Below are positions 1 through 7,120 of a stretch of DNA of 50,584 nucleotides, piece by piece. Numbering within the stretch: the stretch's first letter is position 1; every line of letters starts with the position of its first letter. The notes under the pieces were generated by a model that worked only from the letters and a program-made list of their open reading frames with translations, was not told where the DNA came from and did not search any database. Both the position numbers and the translations under genes were made by a program. The DNA comes from a virus: the IMG/VR virus record IMGVR_UViG_3300036859_000429, positions 1-50,584 of that record; one strand, written 5' to 3'.

Positions 1-127
1 TCCCTGCAACGGCTTCATCAGGAACGACCTTCCTGCGCACCTGGCCGAACAGAATTTCCGTGGTTTCGTCGGGCTCTCAGGGAGGGGCTCCAGACAGGCG
101 GGGCACAAGCCGACAAGGATTTTCGCG
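1..127. repeat. terminal direct repeat, left copy (identical to 50458..50584)
   Basis: Bases 1-127 recur base-for-base as the last 127 bases of the window. This is the signature of a circular or terminally redundant molecule with unique length 50457 bp. Confidence 0.95.
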
Positions 128-177
128 CGGCGATCCTGGTCGATGAGCGCCCGCAGCCAAGCCTTCGCTTCAGGCAT
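1..177 (-). CDS. junction-spanning small Zn-ribbon protein, N-terminal 59 codons (continues 50457..50422)
   Basis: ATG at 177. Reading through position 1 into 50457 gives 70 aa: MPEAKAWLRALIDQDRRAKILVGLCPACLEPLPESPTKPRKFCSARCAGRSFLMKPLQGRPADYLLGRCG. It has CPAC...CSARC cysteine pairs, and its stop overlaps the next start (ATGA). Confidence 0.55.
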   Translation of the reverse strand, partial: MPEAKAWLRALIDQDRRAKILVGLCPACLEPLPESPTKPRKFCSARCAGRSFLMKPLQG

Positions 178-218
178 CTCACGAAGAATGGCGAGCGCTT
201 CCTGTCGCTCTTGGTACG

Positions 219-422
219 TCACGACTTCTCCAATCTGCGCGTGAGATGAACCACCATCGTCTCAGCGTCGAGGGCACGCTTCCGCTCGCTTGCGATCAGT
301 TCCTGCTGCCGCTCAACCTCCGCGAGCAACTCCCGCGCCCACGGCCCCCACAAGTCGTTGTTTGGGTTCGCCAGGTGCGCGCGGATTGCTTCGAGCCGTT
401 CGGCACTCAGCGGGGCGGTCAC
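219..422 (-). CDS. hypothetical protein (67 aa)
   Basis: ORF track. The start overlaps the stop of 419..727 (ATGA). Helical, charged composition. Confidence 0.6.
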   Translation of the reverse strand: MTAPLSAERLEAIRAHLANPNNDLWGPWARELLAEVERQQELIASERKRALDAETMVVHLTRRLEKS

Positions 423-727
423 GCGCGCTCATCGTCCCGTGCTTGCAGCCTCTCCTGGCTATCGAGATAACGCATCTCCCAGTTCCGACTCAGCTTTCGC
501 AACTGGTCATTCGAACGCTTCAGTTCGTCCCGCTCCTCTTCGAGCGCCCGCAGCCACTGAGCCGGAACGCGAGGGATCATCGGAATCTGCGACTCCTCGC
601 GGCCCCGCACTTCCTCCAGCGCGCGATCGCGTTCGCGTCGCAGCTCGGCGGCTTGGTCAGGGTCGAGCCACCCAGCCTCGGTGAGCATCCGGTGCGTCTC
701 CCCTTGAACATGAACCGGGTCGGTCAA
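419..727 (-). CDS. hypothetical coiled-coil-like protein (102 aa)
   Basis: ORF track. ATGA overlap with 724..1359. E/R/L-rich heptad-like sequence. Confidence 0.65.
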   Translation of the reverse strand: MTDPVHVQGETHRMLTEAGWLDPDQAAELRRERDRALEEVRGREESQIPMIPRVPAQWLRALEEERDELKRSNDQLRKLSRNWEMRYLDSQERLQARDDERA

Positions 728-1359
728 GGAAGCCTCGACTGCAAGTAGAAGTGCTGGTTCGCGCGCCTCGCGGTCCAGGGCGCGTACTCACCGCCGACAA
801 TCGGGTTGATCGCCTGGTAGGGGCAGCCCCAGTCGACAAGATCCTTGACGACGTCGTGCGGGTCGTACGGGTTCATGCTCCCGTCGTACGCTTGCGGGAT
901 CAGTTCGAGGTTGGCGAGCACGGCAGGCGAAATCTGCACAGTGCCGACGAGCGAGTGCGTGTACGAGTAGGTCGTGCGGAACATCGGCCCAACCCAGCCA
1001 CCCTGGTAGCCCTCGAAGTTCCAAGACGTCCCACGGACCTGGTACATGCGCCGGTACCAGAACATGATCGCCATCATGTAGAGCGGGTCGTGGCGTTCGT
1101 TGTTGATCTGCACCGGCAGCGGCTGGCCATCCGAGAGCCGCCTGATCGCGTTCTGAATCAAGTCGCGGAAGTCCTTCGCCTCCGGGTAGCCGTACCACTG
1201 CGGGTTCGTGTAGATCCCCGCCTCGAAGCCGTTCGTGCGCGCATGCCGGATCTGGACGAGCGTTGCGTCGTTGGCGGCGAACCAGACGCGCTCGATCCGG
1301 TTCGCTTGCAGCTTCGCGATGTTTGCATCTTCCTTGTGCCAGGCGTAGACAGTCCTCAT
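724..1359 (-). CDS. hypothetical protein (211 aa), possibly glycoside-hydrolase-like
   Basis: ORF track. RBS GAGAGGAG lies 7 nt upstream of ATG 1359. W/Y-rich globular sequence. The fold suggestion is only an impression. Confidence 0.75.
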   Translation of the reverse strand: MRTVYAWHKEDANIAKLQANRIERVWFAANDATLVQIRHARTNGFEAGIYTNPQWYGYPEAKDFRDLIQNAIRRLSDGQPLPVQINNERHDPLYMMAIMFWYRRMYQVRGTSWNFEGYQGGWVGPMFRTTYSYTHSLVGTVQISPAVLANLELIPQAYDGSMNPYDPHDVVKDLVDWGCPYQAINPIVGGEYAPWTARRANQHFYLQSRLP

Positions 1360-1369
1360 GTGACTCCTC

Positions 1370-1768
1370 TCATGCGTAACCGCCGCAGAAGCGGCAGCGC
1401 TCGTTTTTCTTCAACCGCCAGTGCAAGTCCCTGCCCGTGCAGTTGGGCGCGAGCTTGCCCGTTCGCACCTCCGCGCGCTCAGGAATGGGGGCGGCGGGCA
1501 CCGGCACGTCTATCGCCAAGTCCGGTACCTGCCGTGATTCGGACGGACCGGACACCACCCCCTCATCCGGCGACCCCGAGGGTGTTGCGCTGCGGCTCAC
1601 AGTGCCCTCGGGGCCACCGCCGACAGCGTACTCTTCCGGCTCGACGCCAGCTGCCTCGTCGAGCGTAACGCGAATCCAGTCGGACAGGGTGCGCCGGGCA
1701 GCACTGGCAGCAGCACGCCAACGCTTCTTCTGCTCCGGCTTGACGCGCAACTGGAAGGACTCACCCAT
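1370..1768 (-). CDS. ribbon-helix-helix-like DNA-binding protein with C-terminal Cys cluster (132 aa)
   Basis: Internal ATG at 1768 overlaps the stop of 1768..1986 (TGATG). N-terminus MGESFQLRVKPEQKKRWRAAASAARRTLSDWIRVTLDEAA is RHH-like. The C-terminus has C..CRFCGG. Confidence 0.6.
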   Translation of the reverse strand: MGESFQLRVKPEQKKRWRAAASAARRTLSDWIRVTLDEAAGVEPEEYAVGGGPEGTVSRSATPSGSPDEGVVSGPSESRQVPDLAIDVPVPAAPIPERAEVRTGKLAPNCTGRDLHWRLKKNERCRFCGGYA

Positions 1769-1986
1769 CAGTTGCCCTGCCGATACGTACCAGGGAAGCA
1801 ATCACCGTCGAGGTGCCCACGCTCGCACTCGACCGAGACGTGTGGCCCGTAGTAACTCATCGGGTCATCAGACGCGTGGACGGTTAGCGTAAACGCGACG
1901 CGCTTGCGGCAATAGAAGCACCAGCGTTCGCCGTCGTCACGCTGCGAGACGACATGGGTCGGTACATGCAAGACATGTAAGCTCAT
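1768..1986 (-). CDS. hypothetical Cys/His-rich protein (72 aa)
   Basis: ORF track. ATGA overlap with the upstream gene. CFYC...C..H..C pattern. Preceded by the conserved junction box CGGCAGGAGG. Confidence 0.6.
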   Translation of the reverse strand: MSLHVLHVPTHVVSQRDDGERWCFYCRKRVAFTLTVHASDDPMSYYGPHVSVECERGHLDGDCFPGTYRQGN

Positions 1987-2237
1987 GCGTCGTCCTCCTG
2001 CCGCTCCCCGCCAGCCCGCTCGCGAAGAATGTCGAGCAGCCGATACGCCTCAACCCAGGGTCGCATCTTGAAATCACGACCATCGAGCAGACGCATATCG
2101 CGCTCTGCCCTGCGTAAGAGTCGTTCGAGTTTGTCCAATGCAGCCAGTCGTTCTTCGTCGGGAAGATCGGCCACGGTGAATCCGCGCTCGTGAAGGGTTG
2201 AGCGTGGCCCACAGCCACAAGGGCAACGCTCACTCAT
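1983..2237 (-). CDS. hypothetical protein (84 aa)
   Basis: Start moved to the internal ATG at 2237 (MSERCPCGCG...), 8-nt overlap with the upstream stop. GGAG in the conserved junction box upstream. C-terminal tail GGERQEDDA. Confidence 0.6.
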   Translation of the reverse strand: MSERCPCGCGPRSTLHERGFTVADLPDEERLAALDKLERLLRRAERDMRLLDGRDFKMRPWVEAYRLLDILRERAGGERQEDDA

Positions 2238-2559
2238 CAGCGTTCTCCTGCCGCTCCCCGCCCGCGTCATCCTCCCAGGCACTTTCGTAACGTGCTCGCC
2301 GCTGCAAGTAGGAGTTCTCATCGACTCGAAACTGTTCTTCCGGCGTCAGCGGCGGTGGACGTTCGGGTGGGTAGTCACCTGAAGGACTAGAGGCGATCAG
2401 GTCGTTAACGCGCTCCTCAAATGCTGTAAGACGCTCGATTTCGTCCAACACAACATCGAACGCCTCGCCCCGTTTGTAATCCTCTTGCGCGTAGCGAGCG
2501 ACATTCAGAGCCTCTTTTAACCAGTCGGGGAACCTGTACTTGCGAAGCCAGATTGTCAT
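2230..2559 (-). CDS. hypothetical protein (109 aa)
   Basis: Start at the internal ATG 2559 (MTIWLRKYRF...), ATGA overlap with the stop of 2556..3068. C-terminal tail GGERQENADE. Confidence 0.65.
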   Translation of the reverse strand: MTIWLRKYRFPDWLKEALNVARYAQEDYKRGEAFDVVLDEIERLTAFEERVNDLIASSPSGDYPPERPPPLTPEEQFRVDENSYLQRRARYESAWEDDAGGERQENADE

Positions 2560-3068
2560 GCGTCGCCCTCCTGCCGCTGCGCCGAACACTCCCCTTTGAA
2601 CGTGTGATACGTCGCTTCGTATCCCTCGCAACGCGGGCACCGTTCCTCCTGCCGCGCCCCGAGAGCCTCACGCGCTTCCTTGCGACACTCCGCGATCTGC
2701 CATGGCTCCCCTACCTGTTCCGCTACTTCGAGATTTCTAAGAGCCGCGAGATGCCGCGACACGGCTGCGCGCGCCTCCGTGTAGGCGTAGAACGCCTCGT
2801 CCTTAACGTACTGGCGTCCATAGCGATCAGCGAGCGCGTCGGCAAGCTTAAGCGCCTGCTCCGCTGCTGCTGCCCGCGCCTCCGCAGCGTTCCACTTCTG
2901 GGCGCGCTCATCTGACTCCAACGTCACTCCGCGCAGTTGACGTTCGACTTCGTCCACAGCGGCCTCGATGGCCTGCTCGTGCACAGCCGGGTTGTGAGAA
3001 GTGACTGATCGGCAGCCGCGCGCGATATGCGCGACGTGTTCGAGGATGGTCGCGAAAGGATCAGTCAT
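2556..3068 (-). CDS. hypothetical protein (170 aa)
   Basis: Start at ATG 3068 (MTDPF...) with RBS GAAGGAG 6 nt upstream. C-terminal CPRC motif and tail QRQEGDA. Confidence 0.65.
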   Translation of the reverse strand: MTDPFATILEHVAHIARGCRSVTSHNPAVHEQAIEAAVDEVERQLRGVTLESDERAQKWNAAEARAAAAEQALKLADALADRYGRQYVKDEAFYAYTEARAAVSRHLAALRNLEVAEQVGEPWQIAECRKEAREALGARQEERCPRCEGYEATYHTFKGECSAQRQEGDA

Positions 3069-3357
3069 CACGTCTCCTTCGATCACGAAGCACGGTGCGC
3101 AACCGGTTCGCCGCGTCGGCCACGACGGTCACGTCCGCCTGCGTCAACGGTTTGCCAACGTACTTCGCTGGTAGACAGCGGAGCCAGTTGTCGAGCAAGA
3201 TCACCACAGAGTGTGCGGTCTCCTCGATGCGCTTCTGGCGCGGGGTGCCCTTCGACCCGGCGCTCACAGCTTGCCGCCTCGGAGCAGCGCGAGCAGAAAC
3301 AGGAATGTCTCGCGGCTCACGAGCAGCTTTCGCGGAGCAGCTTCCGCAGGTCTTCAT
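3061..3357 (-). CDS. hypothetical protein, start uncertain
   Basis: ORF track. The N-terminal third looks non-coding and overlaps 3317..3508. An in-frame GTG at 3267 (68 aa) is an alternative start. Confidence 0.4.
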   Translation of the reverse strand: MKTCGSCSAKAAREPRDIPVSARAAPRRQAVSAGSKGTPRQKRIEETAHSVVILLDNWLRCLPAKYVGKPLTQADVTVVADAANRLRTVLRDRRRRDD

Positions 3358-3508
3358 GCCACTGTCGCCACTGGGCGACGTCCGCCGCCAGCGGGTGCTT
3401 CTCGGTCCACTCGTAGAGAGCGGCCATGAGAGCCCAGCCCTCGTCGCGCGTGAAGGTCATCACGATCTCGGGGGGCGGGGCCGAAAGCTGAAAACACTGG
3501 ATTTTCAT
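3317..3508 (-). CDS. hypothetical protein (63 aa)
   Basis: ORF track. ATGA overlap with the stop of 3505..3765. RBS AGGAG upstream. Confidence 0.55.
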   Translation of the reverse strand: MKIQCFQLSAPPPEIVMTFTRDEGWALMAALYEWTEKHPLAADVAQWRQWHEDLRKLLRESCS

Positions 3509-3765
3509 CGCTCTCCTTTGATCTCCCGGCTGAGAGTGCGGATGCGAACCAGGTGGTCGTCGAGAGCGACGACCTCGTTCACGATCGCATCCGCGAGCAG
3601 CCTGAGCGCCGCCCGTTCAGCTCGTACGTGGTCGGGAGGCGTCCCCTCGCTTTCGATCAGCTTCAGGATCTCGTCGCGTGTTACTGGGTCGAGCTGGAAT
3701 GTCTGGTCACGGTAGAGACGCTGGTGCGCGTAGAGCGCATCGAGCACATGATGGCGCAGTTTCAT
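3505..3765 (-). CDS. hypothetical protein (86 aa)
   Basis: Start at the internal ATG 3765 (MKLRHHVLDAL...), overlapping the stop of 3765..4193 by 1 nt (TGATG). Confidence 0.6.
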   Translation of the reverse strand: MKLRHHVLDALYAHQRLYRDQTFQLDPVTRDEILKLIESEGTPPDHVRAERAALRLLADAIVNEVVALDDHLVRIRTLSREIKGER

Positions 3766-4193
3766 CAGGCTGCCTGCCTTGCCCGCCAGGCGCGCTTCTC
3801 GATCGTGTTGCACGCCCGGCAGCGCGAATGCCGGAAACGGCGGTGCTCCTGCTTCTCAGAGCGATTGAACGGGAAGTCCTTGTCCGGCAGCCAGCGCTCA
3901 CAGCCGTTGCACCAAAGCGTCTTCTCGCGAACCGTGGTGATCCGTGTGCGTACGTGGCAGGCCCGGCAGTGCTTGCTGTACCTGACGATCCCCTGCTTCC
4001 CGCACGCGGCACAGTGTCCGCTCATCAACCAGCGGCGCGCATTAGCCTCCATGCGCTCGTAGCCTTGCCGGTTGCAAACCCGGTAGATGGCGGTCGACGA
4101 GACCCCGAACAGCTCCGCGATCTCGCGGTAGGTCCAGCCTCGTTTGCGCAGCTTTCTCGCCCGCTCGTAGCTGAACGTGCGCGGAGGGCTCAC
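3765..4193 (-). CDS. HTH DNA-binding protein with C-terminal multi-Cys zinc-finger region (142 aa)
   Basis: GTG start. N-terminus RKRGWTYREIAELFGVSSTAIYRV is a classic helix-turn-helix. The C-terminus has CAAC..C..C, CNGC and C..C pairs. Confidence 0.75.
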   Translation of the reverse strand: MSPPRTFSYERARKLRKRGWTYREIAELFGVSSTAIYRVCNRQGYERMEANARRWLMSGHCAACGKQGIVRYSKHCRACHVRTRITTVREKTLWCNGCERWLPDKDFPFNRSEKQEHRRFRHSRCRACNTIEKRAWRARQAA

Positions 4194-4351
4194 TCGCGAT
4201 CCTCGACCATCTGCGCGGCGAGCGCCGCCCCCAGCTGACGCTCAGCCTCACCGCCGTCATGGTCACCCTCGTGACCGGCGGGGAGCACGCAGAGCACGAC
4301 GCCCGTCCAATAGGACGCGCCCAGAGGCTCACCGCAGCGCTGGTCGCTCAC
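4190..4351 (-). CDS. small hypothetical protein (53 aa, not in ORF track)
   Basis: GTG at 4351 overlaps the stop of 4348..4599 (GTGA). Its TGA at 4192-4190 overlaps the GTG start of 3765..4193 (GTGA). Translation: VSDQRCGEPLGASYWTGVVLCVLPAGHEGDHDGGEAERQLGAALAAQMVEDRE. Confidence 0.4.
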   Translation of the reverse strand: MSDQRCGEPLGASYWTGVVLCVLPAGHEGDHDGGEAERQLGAALAAQMVEDRE

Positions 4352-4599
4352 GAGGCTCCGAAAACGAAGTCGGGGTCGATCCTGACCGTCAGCCGGTGCT
4401 CTCCGGCGCGGGTGAGAAGCGCGAACTCGCCGTCCAGCGGCACCATGATCTGGCCGGAATCAACCACCTCCAAGTCGAGCGCCGTGTAAGCGTCCACAAA
4501 GTCGACTCCCGCCGCCGACTCGGCCTGGACGTGCACGACACCCAAGCCGCGATCACGCTGAAGGGTCAAATCAAGGGACGACACACCTCCAGTGTACAT
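4348..4599 (-). CDS. hypothetical protein (83 aa; possibly leaderless from GTG 4584)
   Basis: ORF track. No SD before ATG 4599. The promoter-like TTGCAT-17-TACACT places a start site about at the in-frame GTG 4584. Confidence 0.6.
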   Translation of the reverse strand: MYTGGVSSLDLTLQRDRGLGVVHVQAESAAGVDFVDAYTALDLEVVDSGQIMVPLDGEFALLTRAGEHRLTVRIDPDFVFGAS

Positions 4600-4619
4600 A
4601 CAACGTCATGACAATGCAA
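4591..4619 (-). promoter_or_regulatory. putative sigma70/SigA-type promoter TTGCAT-17nt-TACACT
   Basis: The minus strand reads TTGCAT (4619-4614), a 17-nt spacer, then TACACT (4596-4591). GTG 4584 lies 6 nt downstream. Confidence 0.35.
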
Positions 4620-4693
4620 GGGCAGGAGGACGCCGCCGTGGAAGAGCGCCATGGAGAGCGGGACTGGGCCTCCCCACCGTGGGACCCAACAGT

Positions 4694-4711
4694 CCCCCGG
4701 CCTTTCGGGGG
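4694..4711 (-). terminator. GC hairpin after the TerS-like gene (weak terminator candidate)
   Basis: cccccgg/cctt/tcggggg stem-loop just downstream of stop codon 4719-4721. There is no strong U tract. Confidence 0.3.
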
Positions 4712-4718
4712 GGTACCC

Positions 4719-5543
4719 CTAGCCCGACTCGGCGTTGCCAGGCTCGACAACGGCCTCTAGCGGGCTCGACTCGGCATCAGCCTCCACGAGCCGCAAGCGC
4801 CTAGCCCTACCCTCAGCCACCAAGCGCTCCAAGGACGCAGTGTCCATCTGCTCCAAGTCCATGAGCGTCGAGGGTGCGCGCACCTCCACTCGCTCAGTCG
4901 GCTTGCCCAACGCCTGATCGAGCCACGGGATCAGAGCTTGCGCTGAGCGAACGTCTCCGGACGCGGCAGAACGGGCCAATACGCCTATCGCAGCGTCGAT
5001 TTCGACGGCGTGTTTGACTAGGGCTTCTGCGACGAGTTGCCTGGTGCCTAGCCGTCTGAGCGCTGCTACCTGGTCGATTCCTTCTCGTTTCGCTCTCTTA
5101 CTGGCGTGACTTGCCCTGGCTGCGAGTAGCGGGTCGGCGCGGCCGTCGTGGAAGGGGCAGAGCAGTCCGTCTGTGAGCGCTCGGCCGTTGCAGCGATGGC
5201 CGTCCCTGCGTGCCGCTATGCACCGTCGCTCGTCCCCGTTGAAGCCCTGAAAGCCGTCTTGTTGGGCTGGGTCTGGTGCTCCCAAGTCGACGTCCGGGTG
5301 GACCGTGGTGCTCTCGGGGATCAGGGGCCAGCGTGGAGCGCTGAGAGCGTCCAGCTCGTCGTCTGTCGGGCCCGCGGCTTCCTCCTCGGCCTCTGAGACA
5401 TCCGGGTACAGGTCCGGTTGCTGGGACGTCTCAGGGCTCCCACGGGGCGGCGAGGAGCGCCAGGCCCGCAGCCACGAGTGCGAGGCCGTCCACGAGCTGT
5501 ACAGCCTCCACGAAGAGGAGCACGGCGGCGACCGCGAAGGCAA
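4719..5543 (-). CDS. Zn-finger protein resembling actinophage small terminase subunits; start unresolved
   Basis: CIAARRDGHRCNGRALTDGLLCPFH motif followed by a helical region ending ...ALIPWLDQALGKPTERVE, as recalled for TerS-type proteins. The first ~40 codons look non-coding and overlap the 5431..5565 ORF. The first canonical in-frame start after that overlap is TTG 5285. Confidence 0.55.
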   Translation of the reverse strand: MPSRSPPCSSSWRLYSSWTASHSWLRAWRSSPPRGSPETSQQPDLYPDVSEAEEEAAGPTDDELDALSAPRWPLIPESTTVHPDVDLGAPDPAQQDGFQGFNGDERRCIAARRDGHRCNGRALTDGLLCPFHDGRADPLLAARASHASKRAKREGIDQVAALRRLGTRQLVAEALVKHAVEIDAAIGVLARSAASGDVRSAQALIPWLDQALGKPTERVEVRAPSTLMDLEQMDTASLERLVAEGRARRLRLVEADAESSPLEAVVEPGNAESG

Positions 5544-5565
5544 TCGAGGCGAGCCACCGCAGCAT
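5431..5565 (-). CDS. small membrane protein (44 aa, two hydrophobic helices)
   Basis: ATG 5565 with RBS GAGGGGG 5 nt upstream. MLRWLASIAFAVAAVLLFVEAVQLVDGLALVAAGLALLAAPWEP. GC3 counted by hand is ~89 percent. Confidence 0.55.
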   Translation of the reverse strand: MLRWLASIAFAVAAVLLFVEAVQLVDGLALVAAGLALLAAPWEP

Positions 5566-5656
5566 CAGAGCCCCCTCAGCCTGCGGTGGTCGGCGTACCA
5601 GACGCGCCACGGCTTCAACGAAGGGTCGCGACGCAACCAAGCGAGCAGCCAACGGA

Positions 5657-6073
5657 TCATTCGGCCCCCCAGAGCTGAGCGCCGACCGAGTAGGTGATCG
5701 AGTCAGCATCCCCGTGCACGGGTCGAACCCGCCAGCGCCTCGGCAGAACCGCGTTCGCTCCCACGTTCACGGTGACTGGCATCCCGGGACCGATCGTCAG
5801 CACCGTAGTCCCCACAGCCGTGATCGCCGCTGACGCAAGTAACAAATACCACTTGCCCGACAGATCATCGAAACCCTCGACGTTGAACACGACCGAAGGC
5901 GTGAGCGTGATTGCCGTCACATCAATGATCAGACGCACCCCGTCGAAACTGTCGTCAGCGAGTGGCTGGACAGTCGCGAGCGTCTCCGCGCGCCAGAATT
6001 CCTGAACCTCTACGGGCGTCGGCGAAGCCGTCCTAGCCAACGAGGCGTAAATCGTGCGCAGGGCCTTGAGCAC
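5657..6073 (-). CDS. hypothetical beta-rich protein (138 aa), first gene of leftward arm
   Basis: The C-terminal 138 codons of ORF 5657..6256 look coding. GTG 6073 sits 7 nt downstream of a TAGAAT -10 box, giving a leaderless configuration. Confidence 0.6.
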   Translation of the reverse strand: MLKALRTIYASLARTASPTPVEVQEFWRAETLATVQPLADDSFDGVRLIIDVTAITLTPSVVFNVEGFDDLSGKWYLLLASAAITAVGTTVLTIGPGMPVTVNVGANAVLPRRWRVRPVHGDADSITYSVGAQLWGAE

Positions 6074-6080
6074 GAGCCCA

Positions 6081-6086
6081 ATTCTA
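6081..6086 (-). promoter_or_regulatory. putative leftward -10 box TAGAAT (leaderless transcript starting at GTG 6073)
   Basis: The minus strand reads CACGTAGAATTGGGCTCGTG. The -10-like hexamer is 7 nt before the start codon. No good -35. Confidence 0.4.
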
Positions 6087-6196
6087 CGTGGTTCGGCGGA
6101 CGGCGGATGGTGACCCGGAACCCGCTTCCCCAGCCAACGTTTTCCAGAAAATTCGCAATTTGCGGGAAATACCTCAATACGAGCACCTGCGCACTC

Positions 6197-6225
6197 TTGC
6201 GAACAGACGCAACTAGGCGTACATT
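6197..6225 (+). promoter_or_regulatory. putative rightward early promoter TTGCGA-17nt-TACATT
   Basis: ttgcga 6197-6202, 17-nt spacer, tacatt 6220-6225. It would give a ~440-nt structured leader before the first gene (6673). Confidence 0.45.
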
Positions 6226-6615
6226 GTGTTCTCGCCCGCCGACTACCACCGCTCAACGTGGAGAGCGCAATGGGAAGGAACGGCGCTAGTACGCGGAGTC
6301 AGGTTCTGCGCGGAACGCACTAAGAGGCAGCCAGCCCCAGGGGCGAGCGACCGCGAATCCGAAATTCGTCGACACTCCGGGGGAGAGCCAATCGGACCGC
6401 AAAGCGTCCGAGGAGAAGGAATTTCCTGCAAGGCTGTGCCTGACTCTGACGACCACGACAGTGGGACCGCTTCGCGCGGTCGCTTCCGCCAGCTGAGCAT
6501 TTGCAGGAGGGGATAAGAGAAGCGAAACGACGGGACAATGCGTGCCCGGCACCAAAGCTCGTGCGGGATGCTGCACGAGCAACGCGCACCACCGCCATGG
6601 TCTGACTAGCCATGG

Positions 6616-6629
6616 CGTCAGTCCCCTCG
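6616..6629 (+). repeat. early-array box copy 1 (degenerate, orphan)
   Basis: cgtcagtcccctcg, preceded by hairpin gccatgg/ccatggc (6594-6616). No SD or gene follows. Confidence 0.7.
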
Positions 6630-6647
6630 CCCGGATTAGGCGGGGGG

Positions 6648-6661
6648 CGTCAGTCAACCCC
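6648..6661 (+). repeat. early-array box copy 2
   Basis: cgtcagtcaacccc, preceded by a 9-bp hairpin (6623-6647) and followed by gaaggag and ATG 6673. Confidence 0.9.
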
Positions 6662-6672
6662 GAAGGAGCATC

Positions 6673-7083
6673 ATGACCGATGCACAGACAGTCTCGCAGT
6701 ACCTGAACGGCCTCCCGCGCACGACTGCCGCTCCGGTGCTCGTCAAGATCGGCCGCACAGAGTACGTCGGCGCGATCTACTCGCAGGAGCGCGACACTCT
6801 CGAAGGTTCGCGCGCGTTCGAGGCAGGGGAGCGCACCTACGTACAACACGGCATCTACCTGTTGGGCGACCTGCCAGCGTCCTACCGGCGCTCGACTCGC
6901 ACAGCCTACGACCTTGACGGCAACCGCTACTACGTCGCAGGATACTTCCCGCAGGACGAGCCAAACGATTTTCATCCGTTCGGCCGCATGTTCCAGCTCT
7001 TTCCGGACGAGCATGGCGTGACGACTAACCCAGAGACGGACGAGCCCTATCCGGCAGTGCCCGCGAACATCGTCCACTGGTAG
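6673..7083 (+). CDS. hypothetical early protein (136 aa)
   Basis: ORF track. Box + GAAGGAG lie 4 nt upstream of the ATG. Confidence 0.8.
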   Translation: MTDAQTVSQYLNGLPRTTAAPVLVKIGRTEYVGAIYSQERDTLEGSRAFEAGERTYVQHGIYLLGDLPASYRRSTRTAYDLDGNRYYVAGYFPQDEPNDFHPFGRMFQLFPDEHGVTTNPETDEPYPAVPANIVHW

Positions 7084-7106
7084 CAAGTAACGACCGCGTG
7101 AGCGGT

Positions 7107-7120
7107 CGTCAGTCGAGCCC
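7107..7120 (+). repeat. early-array box copy 3 (variant, orphan)
   Basis: cgtcagtcgagccc, preceded by hairpin cgaccgc-gtga-gcggtcg (7091-7108). No SD or credible gene before 7258. Confidence 0.75.

Noticed and set aside
1-127. The 127-bp terminal repeat as the genuine physical direct terminal repeat of the virion DNA
   Set aside because: A continuous coupled ORF crosses it. The length equals a standard assembler k-mer. T7-type DTRs are normally non-coding and longer. This cannot be excluded without read-level data, so it is kept as a check in the findings.
751-1668. 305-aa plus-strand ORF
   Set aside because: It is antisense to 724..1359 and 1370..1768. The composition is Arg/Pro/Val-rich junk, with no RBS and no coupling to neighbours.
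6290-6600. Possible tRNA or other known RNA gene in the structured leader
   Set aside because: I could not build a cloverleaf and saw no GTTCGAATC-type T-loop or matching acceptor stem. I saw only simple hairpins.
6286-7086. 266-aa minus-strand ORF and 96-aa plus-strand ORF 6226..6516 in the control region
   Set aside because: The minus ORF runs antisense through the first early gene and has a junk-like sequence. The plus ORF would start immediately after the putative -10 box, has only about 65 percent GC3 by hand count (equal to bulk GC) and is Arg-rich. I treat the region as non-coding leader.
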